Shown piece after piece: positions 41,966 to 54,175 of a DNA stretch of 64,000 nucleotides. Within the stretch, counting starts at the first letter, position 1. Every line of letters begins with the position of its first letter. This DNA comes from an uncultured delta proteobacterium (lineage in GTDB: Bacteria > Myxococcota > Kuafuiibacteriia > Kuafuiibacteriales > Kuafuiibacteriaceae): positions 3,168,001-3,232,000 of the forward strand of contig CAWDML010000001.1 of assembly GCA_963803435.1 (NCBI GenBank), written 5' to 3'. A model generated the notes under the pieces. That model was not told the origin of the DNA. It did no database searches and saw nothing but the letters and a program-made list of their open reading frames with translations. A program made the position numbers and the translations under genes.

Positions 41966-42963
41966 TGAGCCGCGTGATCACACTCTCGCTGTTGCTGACC
42001 AGCTTCTCTACGGGCTGCTTTCAGGAGCTCGACAGTGGAGCTGCCGACGAGTTCGCGGAGCCGCAGGAGCGCGACCCCAACGCCGGACCGACGACCGCAC
42101 TCGAAGATCCCACGATCGGGCTCGATCTCGATGACGAGGGCCTCACCACCGACGACCCCTGCGTCAAGGTCAAGCAGGATGCCCACGCGGTCCTCGGCAC
42201 CTACTGCGCGACCTGCCACGATCAGGGCGACGCCAGCAGCGGCGTCCCGAAGTTCGACTTCGTGATGGATGAGCAGCGCCTGACGCAGGAGACCTGGACA
42301 GTGGGCGCGGAGAGCCGCCGGTTTTTGGTTCCGGGCGATCCGGACAGCTCTTGGCTCTATCTCCGACCGCTGCTCGGCACGATGCCGCCGATCCAGACCG
42401 ACCTCCGCAACGCCGACGCGCCCCGTCCCACGATCAGCGATCTGTCCGTGCTTCGAGAGTGGATCACCACCTGCGTGGGCCCGCCGCGGGTCGATCCTCC
42501 AGATCAGCCGGCCCTCGACGATGCTCGCTTCAACTTCGAGGCGGACACCCAGGGATGGATCGGGCTCCCCGAGGAGGTCGGTGAGGGCGGCTTCATGCAG
42601 GTCTCGACCAGCATGACGGAGCAGTTCTCCGGAAGCGCGTCTCTCGCCGGCTCGATCACCTCCACCGGTACGGCCGAGTACTGGATGATGGTCCAGGACC
42701 CGGGCGCGATCCCCGCCGGCACCCGAGTGACGTTCCACGTCTTCCTGCCGCCCGAGGCGCAGATCCGCTCGCTCGAGCCGTACGTCACCGACGCGGCCGG
42801 CGTGTACACCGCGTCGATGTGGATGTATCCGCAGACCGGAGCCTGGACGACGCTCACCGTGATGGTGCCCGACGACGCCGTGACCATTACGTCTCTCGGC
42901 ATCGAGTTCTGGACGGAAGGAACCTGGAACGGAACTGTCTACCTCGACAGTGTGGATTGGTAG
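41965..42963 (+). CDS. Monoheme c-type cytochrome lipoprotein with a C-terminal carbohydrate-binding-like beta-sandwich
   Basis: TGATG overlap with the upstream gene; lipobox STG|C; CATCH; 'LVPGDPDSSWLY...GTMPP...REWI'; 'FNFEADTQGW...VYLDSVDW'. Confidence 0.75.
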   Translation: MSRVITLSLLLTSFSTGCFQELDSGAADEFAEPQERDPNAGPTTALEDPTIGLDLDDEGLTTDDPCVKVKQDAHAVLGTYCATCHDQGDASSGVPKFDFVMDEQRLTQETWTVGAESRRFLVPGDPDSSWLYLRPLLGTMPPIQTDLRNADAPRPTISDLSVLREWITTCVGPPRVDPPDQPALDDARFNFEADTQGWIGLPEEVGEGGFMQVSTSMTEQFSGSASLAGSITSTGTAEYWMMVQDPGAIPAGTRVTFHVFLPPEAQIRSLEPYVTDAAGVYTASMWMYPQTGAWTTLTVMVPDDAVTITSLGIEFWTEGTWNGTVYLDSVDW

Positions 42964-42971
42964 CGAAACCC

Positions 42972-44531
42972 ATGAACGCACCCCGCTCAGCCCTACTCCC
43001 ACTCGGATGCACGCTGCTCTTGTCGTGCTCCGATCCCTTCCCCTTCGACCACACGCCGATGGAGGAGGAGGAGGAAGAGATCTGTCAGGCGAGCCCCGAC
43101 TGGCTCGAGGATCCGGCGGGCACGCCGCCGCTCGATCTCTTCCTTCCCCTGCCGCACCCGGCCGGTGAGTGCCCGTTCTATCGCGGGGGCTGGCAGAACT
43201 TCCTGTACGCCCTCCAGCCGGACGACCAGGGCCGTCCCGCCTTGCTCTCCTATCCGACGATCGAGACCGTCTTCACGCCGGCGATCCCGCACGGACCGAA
43301 CCGCGCCTACCTGGGCGACATCAAGCAGGCGGGCGGCCGTCAGATACTCATCGATCAGAACGGCAACAGCCTCTTCTACGCGATCCACGTCAACCAGGCG
43401 TTCGCCGACTTCATCCACGAGAACGAGCTGGACACGGCCGAGGCCCTGCGCGCCTATCCGAGCGATCCGGTGAAGTCGAAGCTGTTCTTCCCTGCGGGCG
43501 TGGTCGAGTTCAAGTCCGCGTGGCAGATCGTCGAAGGGGACATCGCCGCGGAGACCGAAGACTACATTAGCATGACCACCACGGTGCCGACGCTCAGTCA
43601 GGACCCGGTCACGCGCGTGATCCACGAGGACAAGGAGAATCCGCGCGAGGTCACGGTCCGGCTGCTCGCCATCCACGTGGTCTTCACGCTCCCGGGTCAT
43701 CCGGAGTTCATCTGGGCGTCGTTCGAGCACAGCAGCGGCACGCCGGACACCTCGGCGGTCGACGGTCAACGCGATGTGGCGCCGATCGTCCCCGACGACA
43801 AGAACCCGAGCGACGACGATCCGAACAACTCGAGGAACATGGTCGAGGTGAGCCCGGACGACTTCCTGCTCTACAAGGGGCACACCACCGCCAACGCGGC
43901 CAACAAGGCCATCGACGAGACGCAGCTGACGCTGGTGGGGCAGAGCTTCCCCGGACAGCAGACCTCGATCTACCGCATGTTCCCGGCGTCCAAGTCGAAC
44001 ACCATCGACCCGGATGACGCGATCACGTCCCTCAACCACAACGTGGAGGCCCTCTTCGCGCGAAACGAAGGCAAGCTGAAGCCGGGCGACAAGCGCGGAC
44101 ACTACCGGCTGGTCGGCGCCCAGTGGATGGATAAGCCGCGATTCTACAAGGTCGACAGCGCGCTCCAGAACGACGAGACCTCACCGTTCCTCAAGGATCA
44201 CTACGAGGACGGCGTGCTGGTCCCTGCGGTCAGCTTCGAAGAGCTCAAGCAGGACGTCATCGAGAACGGCGGCGACGCCGCGCTGTCGATCCTCGCCGGT
44301 GAGGATCGACTCTCGAGCACCGCGATGGAGTCCTTCACGCAGGGTCCGGGCGACTTCAACAACTGCTTCACCTGTCACAACACGCAGGCGATCACCGCGA
44401 AGGGCGTGCCGTTGAACCGTGACCTGGGCGGCCAGAAGCTCATCGACGCGGGCCTGCTGAACGTCAGCCACGTGATCACGCAGTTCCTCCTCGAAGAGTC
44501 CGAGGCGGAGGCCGCAGCCTCAGGGAATTGA
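42972..44531 (+). CDS. Lipoprotein with a C-terminal CxxCH (c-type cytochrome family)
   Basis: Lipobox LLLS|C; 'VEFKSAW', 'HPEFIWASFEH', 'LSSTAMESFTQ...NCFTCH'. Confidence 0.72.
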   Translation: MNAPRSALLPLGCTLLLSCSDPFPFDHTPMEEEEEEICQASPDWLEDPAGTPPLDLFLPLPHPAGECPFYRGGWQNFLYALQPDDQGRPALLSYPTIETVFTPAIPHGPNRAYLGDIKQAGGRQILIDQNGNSLFYAIHVNQAFADFIHENELDTAEALRAYPSDPVKSKLFFPAGVVEFKSAWQIVEGDIAAETEDYISMTTTVPTLSQDPVTRVIHEDKENPREVTVRLLAIHVVFTLPGHPEFIWASFEHSSGTPDTSAVDGQRDVAPIVPDDKNPSDDDPNNSRNMVEVSPDDFLLYKGHTTANAANKAIDETQLTLVGQSFPGQQTSIYRMFPASKSNTIDPDDAITSLNHNVEALFARNEGKLKPGDKRGHYRLVGAQWMDKPRFYKVDSALQNDETSPFLKDHYEDGVLVPAVSFEELKQDVIENGGDAALSILAGEDRLSSTAMESFTQGPGDFNNCFTCHNTQAITAKGVPLNRDLGGQKLIDAGLLNVSHVITQFLLEESEAEAAASGN

Positions 44532-44624
44532 TGCACCGAGTCGCGGCGGCGCCGGCCCGCGCGGCGAGCGCCGCGAAGATCATTTCTATCCCAACCTCGG
44601 CCAACTCGGCTACCGTCCCGCGCC

Positions 44625-46257
44625 ATGCGAGCATCCTGGCTCCTCCTCACCCTGACCTGCTGCGCCGGGCCGGGCGCGTCCGAGAAGGTCGACACGGGCA
44701 AGACGGTCGAGACACCACCGCCACCGCTGTCGACGCTGTGCGGCCAGACCGACGCCTTTCGCCGCGCCTCCCCTCGAGACGCTACGCCCGCGGAGGTCGC
44801 GGGCGCCTACGTGAAGACGTGCGGGATGGAGGAGACGATCGCGCTGACGACCGACCTGGTGCGATTTCCAACCGTGAGTGCGAACGAGCGCGCGGCCGAC
44901 GGTCCCGCGTTCGCGGCGATGGCCGACTACCTGAAGGGCTGGGCCGAGCAGCACGGGATGCGCTTCGAGGTCTACGGCAAGAACGACGCCTGGGAGATCC
45001 ACCTCGGCGCGGGCGACCCACTGGTGGACTTCGTGATGCACGCCGACGTGGTGCCGGCCAACCCGGCCGAGTGGAAGAGCCCGCCGTTCGAGGCGAAGCG
45101 GGACGGGGAGACGTTGTACGGTCGCGGCACCGAGGACGACAAGGGCCCGATCGCCGCGGTGCTGGTGACGATGGCGACGCTCCAGCGCTTCGGTGTCCCG
45201 CTGCCGGGACGGATCCGCGCCGTGATGGGCACGGGCGAGGAGCACGACTGGGACGGCATGACCGCATACGCGAAGGAGAAGCCGCACGCGAAGTACGTCA
45301 TCTCTCTGGACGCCGGCTATCCCGTGGTGGTGGCGGAGAGCGGCTTCGTCGCCTGGTTGCTGTCCGCGCCGACGACCTCCAAGGCGAAGAAGAGGCGAGG
45401 CTGCGCAGAGGTGACCTCGACCGAGATCGGAGAGTTCCTCACCGTCGTTCCAGGCGAGGCGAAGATGACGCTGGCCGGCGTGAAGAGACCGGCGCTCGAC
45501 TCCGCGATCGCCAAGGTGAAGACGGACGAGTTCACCTTCGAGGTGAAGGAGGACGGCGCCGCGCTTCAGGTGATCGTGAAGGGCGAGGCGATCCACTCCT
45601 CGGAGGCGGATCACGGAAAGAACGCGTTCTGGGGGCTCTCGCGCGTGGCGTCGGCGCTCGATCTCTGTCCCGGCGGCGTCGCCACGATGATGAAGGTGGT
45701 GGCCACGCACCTCGACGGCGACCACTGGGGGGAGAAGCTCGGCCTCCAGTACGAGCACCCGCTCATGGGGAAGCTGCTGGTCACGCCGACGCTGTTGCGC
45801 ACCGAAGGTGATCGCGTAGTCCTGTCCGTGAACATGCGCCGTCCCGCCGGCAAGACCTCCAAGGAGTTCGAGGCCGACCTGGACCGGGCATTCGCCAAGC
45901 TGAAGAAGGAGGTGTCGAAGGATTCTGGTGCAGTTGACCGACCGCCGCTTCGTCGGCGAGGCCGCCATCGCAGACACCAGCGGTCCCCTGGTGTCGACGC
46001 TGCTCGACGTCTACGCCAGGGAGACCGGCGAGAAGGACCCGAAGGGCATCTCGATCCGGGGCGGTACCTACGCGCGCCTCTTTCCCGGCGCGGTCTCGTT
46101 CGGCCCCTCCCTCCCCGGGCGCCCGTACAAGGGGCACGCACCCGACGAGTACATCGAGCTCGACGCGCTCTCGCTGGTGGGTCGGACCACGCTGGACGCG
46201 GTGCTTCAGCTCGCCTCGGCCGGCGCGATCTCGAGCAAGGTACCGAGCAGTCCGTAG
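44625..46257 (+). CDS. M20-family metallopeptidase (PepV/Sapep-like); one apparent +1 frameshift at ~45923
   Basis: 'HADVVPA', 'YGRGTEDDKGP', 'GTGEE'; C-terminal 'GGTYAR...FGP...HAPDEYI' lies in the next frame and is joined by removing one T from GATTC (45921-45925). Confidence 0.85.
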
Positions 46258-46419
46258 AGCTTCGACGAAGAGCGGCCCGGTCATCGGCGTGAACGTGATC
46301 CGCGGATCGGGCGCGGCGACGAAGTGAGGGGGACGGACCCTTCGGGGCGAAGAGATTATCGGGCGAACGGCACTGGACGTGTTGGGGATCTGTGGAGGGG
46401 CGCGCGCGATGGAGGGTGG

Positions 46420-47799
46420 CTACTGAGCGACGTAGCCCTGCGTGACGACCGCGGTCGCGCCGCCGGCGTCGACGACCTCGAGCCGGAACGTGTGCGGTCC
46501 GAAGCTCTCGAGCATGTACAGCGGGCTGATCGGCGTGGTCGTGACGTCCTGGGGCGGCAGGCCCGTGGCGCGGTAGTCGCTCCACCATCGGTACTGGACG
46601 ATGTTGCCGGTGCTGCAGCTCCCGTCGCCCTGGACGCGCAGCGCCGACGGCTGCGTGAGGGAGACGCACGCGGTCAGGCCGCCCGCCTGCACCGCGACGG
46701 AGACGGCCGTGACGAGCTGCGTGTTGTTCGCGTCCGTGACCACCACGTTGTAGGTCGTGTTCATCGTCGGCGTCGCCACCGGGTCTTGGACCGTCGAGTC
46801 ATCGAGGCTGGCGGCCGGGGCCCAGTCGAAGGCGTACGGCGGTGAGCCGCCGGTGACCGCGACGTCGAGCTGCGTGCCCGCACCCGCCAGGATGGTGGAC
46901 GGGTTCGCCGAAGCGGTCGCCTGGAGCCGGACGTCGACGACGATGCTCGCCATCGCGGAGGCGCCGAAGAAGTCCGTCACGGTGACCGTATAGGTGGTGC
47001 GCACGGACGGCGCGGCGATCGGTGCGGCGATGTTCGCGGCGCTGAGCGAAGCGGCCGGAGTCCACGCATACGAGTACGGCGGCGTACCGCCCGCAACCTG
47101 CACGGAGAGGTTCGACGTCTGACCCGCGTTGATCACCGCGGGGCTCGCCGCCGCCGTCAGTCCGATCCCGACGTTGACGATCATCGCGCCGCTCACCTGC
47201 GCGCCGCTACTGTCCGTGACCACGACCGTGTACTGCGTCGACACGGGCGGCGTCGCGACCGGGTTCGCGACGTCGCTCGCGCTCAGCGTGCCGGCCGGCA
47301 ACCACGCGTACGAGTACGGTGGCTGACCGCCCGTCGCGCTCGCATTGAGCTGCGACGATCCGCCGGGCGCAACCGAGCTCGGTGACGCCGAGACGGTGGC
47401 AGCGAGCGGAGTCGTTCCGATGGTGACGCGGAACGTTCCCACTCCGCTGTCGGTCGGCGTCGAATAGAAGAAGTCGACCGGCTCACCGACCAACGTCGCC
47501 ACGTGAGTGTCGGCGCAGAGGAAGCGCGTTCGCGGACTCCGTTGGGTCTGGATGAAGAGACCGTTCGGCGGATCACACAGACGGAATCCATCGAGACGAT
47601 CCCACTGATGCGTCCCGCATGGATTCGTGAGCTCGACGCATCCGCCTGGGTCGAGATTGAGAGACACTTGATCGCAAGTCAGCGTCGGCGGATCGCCGTC
47701 GCACGCCGGCCGATTACCGGCGAACACCACGGCGGAGCCGACGGCGAAACACACGAGGGCGAACCTTCGCGGGTCCTTTCTCTTGGAATTCTGCTGCAC
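46420..47799 (-). CDS. Secreted protein with three PKD/SprB-like Ig repeats
   Basis: GGAGG RBS before GTG at 47799; three copies of 'ASP..I..G....L.....GG.PPY.Y.W.PA..L......P.A.P...T.Y.V.VTD'. Confidence 0.78.
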   Translation of the reverse strand: MQQNSKRKDPRRFALVCFAVGSAVVFAGNRPACDGDPPTLTCDQVSLNLDPGGCVELTNPCGTHQWDRLDGFRLCDPPNGLFIQTQRSPRTRFLCADTHVATLVGEPVDFFYSTPTDSGVGTFRVTIGTTPLAATVSASPSSVAPGGSSQLNASATGGQPPYSYAWLPAGTLSASDVANPVATPPVSTQYTVVVTDSSGAQVSGAMIVNVGIGLTAAASPAVINAGQTSNLSVQVAGGTPPYSYAWTPAASLSAANIAAPIAAPSVRTTYTVTVTDFFGASAMASIVVDVRLQATASANPSTILAGAGTQLDVAVTGGSPPYAFDWAPAASLDDSTVQDPVATPTMNTTYNVVVTDANNTQLVTAVSVAVQAGGLTACVSLTQPSALRVQGDGSCSTGNIVQYRWWSDYRATGLPPQDVTTTPISPLYMLESFGPHTFRLEVVDAGGATAVVTQGYVAQ

Positions 47800-48125
47800 C
47801 TTGAACCTCCCGGACGTCTCAAAGTCTAACACTCCGAACCGACGATCGATCTCTCGGTGCGAAGATCATTTTCCGATGTCGCATTGATGAGCATGGCATG
47901 CGCTGCCGATCCTCCTCACTCGCTCCGCAAGTTATCTTGCAAACCGCATCGCCGCGATCCCGCGCTCGCAAGACGGTGCGATCTGCGCTGCGGGCACCAG
48001 GTCCAGCGGTCCCTACATCCGAACGCGCGCAAAGGGAGAGAGCGGTCACAGGTGACGCTCCCGGCGGCGCTCGCGCGCGGCCTTCGACCGATGCCCGCGC
48101 ACGTCCTCCTCGCTATCTTCTGCCC

Positions 48126-50529
48126 ATGAAGCGCGCTCTCCTGCTGCTCGCGCTGACGATCGGTTGCGGGGACAGCCAGCCCGAGCCATTGACGATCGGC
48201 AGCGGCGAGGACGTCGTGCGGGCAGCGGCGGACGGATCGTGGATCGAGCTCATGCGCGGCGACGAGGTGCTGCTTCGCTTCGCCTCGGACGCCTTCGAGA
48301 TCGGCGTGGTCGATCGTCTGGACGAGGATGCCAGCTATGATCCGTTCTGGCTGATTTACGAGGACCAGCTCTTTCAACCGCAGCCCCCGGCGAGCCTGCG
48401 CTGGCGCAGCGTGGAGAGCACCACCGCCAAGGTCGAGGACGGCAAGCTCACGATCGATCAGACCTACGCAGGATCACTTTCGGCCCAGCTCGAGATCACG
48501 CCCGCGGCGGAGGGCCGCTTCGAGGCCCGGTGGGTGCCGCGTTCACAGGCGGCCATCGCATGGATGAGGCTGCGCCCCCGCGCCGACCCGGAGGAGGCCT
48601 TCTACGGGCTCGGCGAGCTCCTCGACGACGTCAACCAGCGCGGCAAGCTGCGGCCGATGCAGCTCGAGCCCGACCTGATGCTCGAGGGTGCGAGCAACGA
48701 GCAGCACGTCCCGGTACCGCTCCTCATCGGTACCAAGGGATGGGGGCTCTTCGTTCAGAGCCGGCGCCTCGGCCTCTTCGACGTGGCCCGGTCGGAGCCC
48801 GACCTGCTGGAGGTGACGTATGGGACGCGCGAGGAGAGCGCGCTCGGTCTCACCTTTCACCTCTTCCTGGCGGAGCATCCACTCGACATCACCAAGCTCT
48901 ACTACGACGTGACTGGTCCCCCGCGCCTCCCAGCGCAGTGGGCATACGGTCCGCTCATCTGGCGCAACGAAGACCGGGATCAGGCGGAGGTCGAGGAGGA
49001 CATCCGCATGATCCGCGACCTCGACCTGGCGACGTCGGCGATTCTGGATTGATCGACCCTACGCCTCGGCCGTCAACACCTTCGACTTCGATCCGGCGCG
49101 GTACCCGGATCCGCAGGGCATGATCGACCGGGCCCACGCCGCCGGCCTGCGGATGGCGCTGTGGCACACGCCCTATCTCGAGGAGGCGGCCACCACGCTG
49201 CGGGCGGAGGCGGTCTCGCAGGGCTTCTTCCCGCCGCGCACCGGGCTTCGGCTCAACAGCTGGAGCGAGCCGATCGACTTCACGAATTCGGACGCGTTCG
49301 ACTGGTGGCAGGGCCTGATCCGCCGTTACACCGACATGGGCATCGAAGGCTTCAAGCTCGACTTCGGTGAAGACTTGGTCGCGGGCATCGGCGGCGCCCG
49401 CACGCCCTGGGAGTTCCAGGACGGCAGCACCGAGCTGACGATGCACTACGGCTTCACGCTGCTGTACCACCGAGCCTACGCCGAGACGCTCCCGTCGAAC
49501 GGCGGCTTTCTGCTGTGCCGCGCGGGGCGATGGGGCGACCAGCGAAACGTCTCCGTGATCTGGCCCGGCGACCTCGACGCCACCTTCGCCGCGCACCGCG
49601 CCCGCGAGACCGGTCGGGACGGTGGCAGCTACAACGCCGTCGGGGGCCTGCCGGCCAGCGTGATCATGGGCCTGACGTTGGGCCCCTCCGGCTTCCCGTT
49701 CTTCGGCGCCGACACCGGCGGCTACAAGCACAGCCCGCCGGACGAGGAGACCTACGTGCGCTGGTTCGAGCAGACCGCGCTGTCCACCGTGATGGAGGTC
49801 GGCGACAGCTCCAGCCAGCCCCCCTGGGTCTACACCGCCGAGAACGGGCGAGACGAGGACACGCTCGCGCTGTACCGCCGATACGCTCGGCTGCACCTGC
49901 GGCTGTTCCCGTACGTCTGGAGCTACGCGAAGCGCCTCGACGTCGACGGCCGCGCGATCCAACGCGCGCTCGGGCTCGCCCATCCCGAGCTCGGCGTGCA
50001 TCCCTCGGACGAGTACCTGATGGGCGACCACCTCCTGGTCGCTCCGGTGCTGGCTCGCGACGCCCGCGCGCGGACGGTCGTCTTCCCAGAAGGGGCCTGG
50101 TTCGACTGGTGGGACCTCGGCGTCCACTCGGGTGAGGAGACCGTCGAGGCGCCGCTGGAGAAGCTCCCGCTCTACCTTCGGGCGGGCGGGATCGTTCCGA
50201 TGCTCCGTCCGGCGATCGATACGCTGTCGCCTGCGACGGATCCCGAGGTGGAGAGCTACGCCGCCGACCCCGGCGTCCTGTTCGTTCGGATCGCGACGGG
50301 GCCGGCGTCGAGCTTCGAGCTGTACGACGGGACCCGGATCGAGCAGTCCGACGCGGGGATCGCGCTGGCCAGCGGCGGCGTCTTCACCTCGGGCTTCACG
50401 CTCGAGCTGATCGGTTATCCGCCGCCAGGCGTCGTCGAGATCGACGGCGGAGCCGCGGAGTGGACCGACGAGGACGGCCTGATCTCCGTGGCCGTCCCGG
50501 CCGGAGAACACCAGGTCACGGTGCGGTGA
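48126..50529 (+). CDS. Glycoside hydrolase family 31 lipoprotein; one apparent +1 frameshift at ~49042
   Basis: 'EAFYGLGE', 'P.WAYGP', 'GFKLDFGE', 'IWPGD', 'GADTGGY', '[13 protein letters not shown]'. Removing one T from GATTC (49040-49044) gives AIWIDRPY. Confidence 0.88.
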
Positions 50530-50533
50530 GCGA

Positions 50534-50971
50534 TCACCCGGTCCGGATCTGCTTCACCGCCTCGGCCACGTCCTTGCCGTCGACGACCGCGCCCTCGGAC
50601 TTGAGCGTCTTCATCGCCACACCGGTGGCCTGGCCGTCGCTCTTGGCCGCCTTGATGGCCTCCGAGACGCCCGCGAGCGCGCGCTGGATCTCCGCGATCG
50701 AGAGGGTCTTGGGGAGCAGGGCTTCGAGCACGCGGATCTCCTCCGCCAGCTTGGCCTTGCCTGCGGGATCGGTGCTGACGTCGATCGTCTCCTGATTCGA
50801 CTTGATCAGCTTCTTGACGATCTTCTGCGCCTCTTCGTCGGAGAGGGCCTGCCCGGCGCGCGCCTCGGCGCTCTGGATCTCGCCGAGCGCGGTCCTGAGG
50901 ACGTCGCGCTCGAGCTCGCGCTTGTCGCGCATGGCTTGCTTGATGTCTGCGCGGATCCGCTCGGTGAGCAT
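50534..50971 (-). CDS. GatB/YqeY domain protein
   Basis: '[13 protein letters not shown]...VLR...EI..AE...[14 protein letters not shown]...[10 protein letters not shown]'. Confidence 0.88.
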   Translation of the reverse strand: MLTERIRADIKQAMRDKRELERDVLRTALGEIQSAEARAGQALSDEEAQKIVKKLIKSNQETIDVSTDPAGKAKLAEEIRVLEALLPKTLSIAEIQRALAGVSEAIKAAKSDGQATGVAMKTLKSEGAVVDGKDVAEAVKQIRTG

Positions 50972-51082
50972 AGGCGCTTGATATCAGAACGCGCGGATGC
51001 CGTGCAGAAATTTCCCCAGGCCCGCCAGCTTGACGCTGCCTGCGGCGGCGCTACCCCTTGGCGCAAGCGGAGGTTCTCTATT

Positions 51083-52978
51083 TTGGCATCCAAAAAAGTC
51101 ATCGGTATCGATCTGGGCACGACCAACTCGGTCGTCGCTGTCATGGAAGGAGGCGAGGCCAAGATCCTCGTCAACGACGAAGGAACACGAACCACACCTT
51201 CGGTCGTCGCCTGGACGGAGAAGGGCGAGGTTCTGGTGGGCGCCATCGCCCGGCGTCAGGCGATCACGAACCCGCAGCGCACTGTATTCAGCGTGAAGCG
51301 ATTCATGGGCATGAAGTTCGCGGACTCCAAGGAGGAGCTGAAGCGCGTGCCCTACGAGGTGGTCGGCGCGGCGAACGGAGACGCCCACATCAAGATCGGC
51401 GACAAGAGCTACGCACCGCCGGAGATCTCGGCGAAAATTCTGCAGAAGCTCAAGCGCGCCGCAGAGGCCCACCTCGGACACGAGGTCACCCAGGCCGTCA
51501 TCACCGTCCCCGCCTACTTCAACGACGCGCAGCGGCAGGCGACCAAGGACGCCGGCCGGATCGCGGGACTCGAGGTCCTGCGGATCATCAACGAGCCGAC
51601 GGCCGCGGCGCTCGCGTACGGGATCGACAAGAAGAAGGACGAGCTGATCGCGGTCTACGACTTCGGCGGCGGCACCTTCGACATCTCGGTCCTCGAGGTG
51701 GGCGACGGCGTGGTCGAGGTGGTCTCCACCAGCGGCGACACGCACCTGGGCGGCGACGATTTCGACAACCGCGTCATCCAGTGGCTGCTCGACGAGTTCC
51801 GGAAGGACACCGGTCTCGACGTCAGCAAGGACAAGATGGTCATGCAGCGGCTCAAGGAGGCTGCGGAGAAGGCGAAGATCGAGCTGTCGAACGCGTTCGA
51901 GACGGAGATCAACCTCCCCTTCCTCACTGCCGACGCGGGCGGGCCCAAGCACCTGCAGCTGAAGCTGACGCGCGCCAAGTTCGAGGCGATCATCCAGGAG
52001 CTGGTCGATCGCTCGTTCGAGGCGGTGAAGAAGGCGCTCGCGGACGCCGGCAAGAAGCCGACCGAGATCGACGAGGTCATCCTGGTGGGCGGATCGACGC
52101 GCGTCCCGATGATCCAGGAGCGGGTGGAGAAGTACTTCGGGCGGCAGCCGAACCGCAGCGTCAATCCGGACGAGGTGGTCGCAGCCGGCGCGGCGGTCCA
52201 GGGCGGCGTGCTCACCGGCGAGACGAAGGACGTAGTCCTCCTCGACGTGACGCCGCTGTCCCTCGGGATTGAGACCCTGGGCGGCGTGTTCACGCCGCTG
52301 ATCGCGCGGAACACGACGATCCCGACGAAGAAGTCGGAGACCTTCTCCACCGCGGCCGACAACCAGGCGAACGTCGAGGTACACGTGCTGCAGGGCGAGC
52401 GGAAGATGGCGACCGACAACAAGACGCTCGGCCGCTTCATGCTGGACGGCCTGCCCCCGGCGCCACGCGGGATGCCGCAGATCGAGGTCACCTTCGACAT
52501 CGACGCCAACGGGATCGTGCACGTCTTCGCGAAGGACAAAGCGACCGGTCGCGAGCAGTCGGTGCGCATCGAAGCGTCGTCAGGGCTCAGCGATCACGAC
52601 ATCGAACGGATGGTGCAGGACGCGGAGCGGCACCAGCAGGAGGACCAGGAGCGACGCGGGAAGGTCGAGGCGAAGAACAAGCTGGATCAGCTCGTCTACC
52701 AGGTGGAGCGCACGATGAACGACGCGAAGGACAAGCTCCCGGTCGACCTGGGACGCCAGGTCTCGGAAGCGCTGGAGAACGCGCGGTCGGCGCTCAAGAA
52801 GGACGATCAGAGCGCCTGGGAGCACGCCGAGGCCGAGCTGATGGCGGCCTCGAGCCGGATGGCGGAGCTGCTGTACCGCGGACAGGCGAACGCAGAGCAG
52901 GCGCCTCCGTCGGGCGGTGAGCCCGAGAAGAAGGGCGGCGACGACGTCATCGACGCGGACTTCACCGAAGCCGCCTAG
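51083..52978 (+). CDS. dnaK: Molecular chaperone DnaK (Hsp70)
   Basis: GGAGG RBS and TTG start; 'GIDLGTTNS', 'TVPAYFND', 'DFGGGTFD', 'VIDADF'. Confidence 0.97.
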   Translation: MASKKVIGIDLGTTNSVVAVMEGGEAKILVNDEGTRTTPSVVAWTEKGEVLVGAIARRQAITNPQRTVFSVKRFMGMKFADSKEELKRVPYEVVGAANGDAHIKIGDKSYAPPEISAKILQKLKRAAEAHLGHEVTQAVITVPAYFNDAQRQATKDAGRIAGLEVLRIINEPTAAALAYGIDKKKDELIAVYDFGGGTFDISVLEVGDGVVEVVSTSGDTHLGGDDFDNRVIQWLLDEFRKDTGLDVSKDKMVMQRLKEAAEKAKIELSNAFETEINLPFLTADAGGPKHLQLKLTRAKFEAIIQELVDRSFEAVKKALADAGKKPTEIDEVILVGGSTRVPMIQERVEKYFGRQPNRSVNPDEVVAAGAAVQGGVLTGETKDVVLLDVTPLSLGIETLGGVFTPLIARNTTIPTKKSETFSTAADNQANVEVHVLQGERKMATDNKTLGRFMLDGLPPAPRGMPQIEVTFDIDANGIVHVFAKDKATGREQSVRIEASSGLSDHDIERMVQDAERHQQEDQERRGKVEAKNKLDQLVYQVERTMNDAKDKLPVDLGRQVSEALENARSALKKDDQSAWEHAEAELMAASSRMAELLYRGQANAEQAPPSGGEPEKKGGDDVIDADFTEAA

Positions 52979-53008
52979 GAGCGTGTAGCGCGTAAGCGCT
53001 CACGCGAC

Positions 53009-53050
53009 CCCGGTCCGGGTCCCGGTCCCGGTCCCGGTCCGGGTCCCGAT
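53009..53050 (+). repeat. Hexamer tandem array, 7 units (CCCGGT/CCGGGT, last unit CCCGAT)
   Basis: cccggt ccgggt cccggt cccggt cccggt ccgggt cccgat. Confidence 0.95.
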
Positions 53051-53070
53051 CTGAAGATGGCTGCCTTGAG

Positions 53071-54056
53071 TCAGACGCTCGCGACGGTCGCGAGCTTCGA
53101 TCGGTAGAGCTTGAGCAGGTTGTGGGTGAGGCAGACGAGCGTCCACTCGGCTCGTACCTTGAAGAAGGAGCGTAGCGAGAACCGGCGGAATCCTCGTGCC
53201 CCTTTGATCTGTCCGAGCGCCGGTTCGACGATACTCTTCCTGCGGGCGTAGACCGCCTTGCCGTCGCGCGTTTGCAACTTGTCTCGCATTCGCTTGCGAG
53301 CGAGCGAGGCAGGTGTGGGCTCCGAAGCTGATGAGGACGGAGTCGACGCGTCTTGGTTCTGTTCGCGTCCAACAGCGATGTGGGCATCGATCTGATTGTT
53401 GTCGCAGAATTCGATGTTGGTCGCGCTCAGATAGCCGTTGTCTGCCGTCATCTTCCCCGGAGCATCGCCGCGCTCTTGCCTTCTCGGCTCGAGTTCTCGC
53501 TCGCTTCTGCTCCACCCGATCCACAAGAGCATCATCCGCTTTGCTCTGCTGCTCTTCGGCTTGCCTGCGCAATTTCTCCGCGCGAGCCCTGGCGGCATCC
53601 TGTTCCAGCGCAGCCTTCGCTTCTCGAATGCGGGCAAGGCGGGATTCACGGTGAGCGAGCTCCGCTGGGATGTCCTCTTCAGTCTCTTCAACGCCCAGCC
53701 GCTCGTCTTCCTCTTGGTCGATCGTGCGCGCTCGCTCCAGCAGTTCTTCGATCTCGAGAGACAGCCGCTTCTCCTCCTCGGCCATCCGCTCGTAGGTCAT
53801 CGCCTTGTGCTTGCTCGCGTTCGCCTGCACCTTCGAGCCATCGAGTGCGACGTGTCCGAGCCGCACCAAACCTGCTTTCTGGCAAAGCTTCAGGACTTCG
53901 AGGAAGAGCGCTTTCAGTGCCTCCAGGTGGACCAGCCGAAACTCGTTGATCGTCGTGAAGTGGGGATGACTTTCTCCAGCCAGCACCCGGAATGGAATGT
54001 CTTCGTAGGTCGCCCGCGCGATCCTCCGGAGTCCAAGAACGGTATTGCTTCGCCAC
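53071..54056 (-). pseudogene. IS1182-family transposase with internal deletions and frame breaks
   Basis: 'MAKQYRSW' start; 'RRIARATYEDIPFRVLAG..PHFTTINEFR...GHVALDGSKVQANASKHKAMTYERM'; 'TADNGYLS...YARRKSIVEPALGQIK..RGFRRFSLR...VRAEWTLVCLTHNLLKL'. Expected intervening segments are missing. Confidence 0.9.
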
Positions 54057-54175
54057 GAAACCATGGGATCAAGTCCAGGCGTCGAAGTCGATCCGCCCAA
54101 CGATCGATTCCAGACGAAACGACCTCCAAGAACTCCTGCTGGTCAAAGTGGACGAGCTACCGCAAGCTAGCTTGC

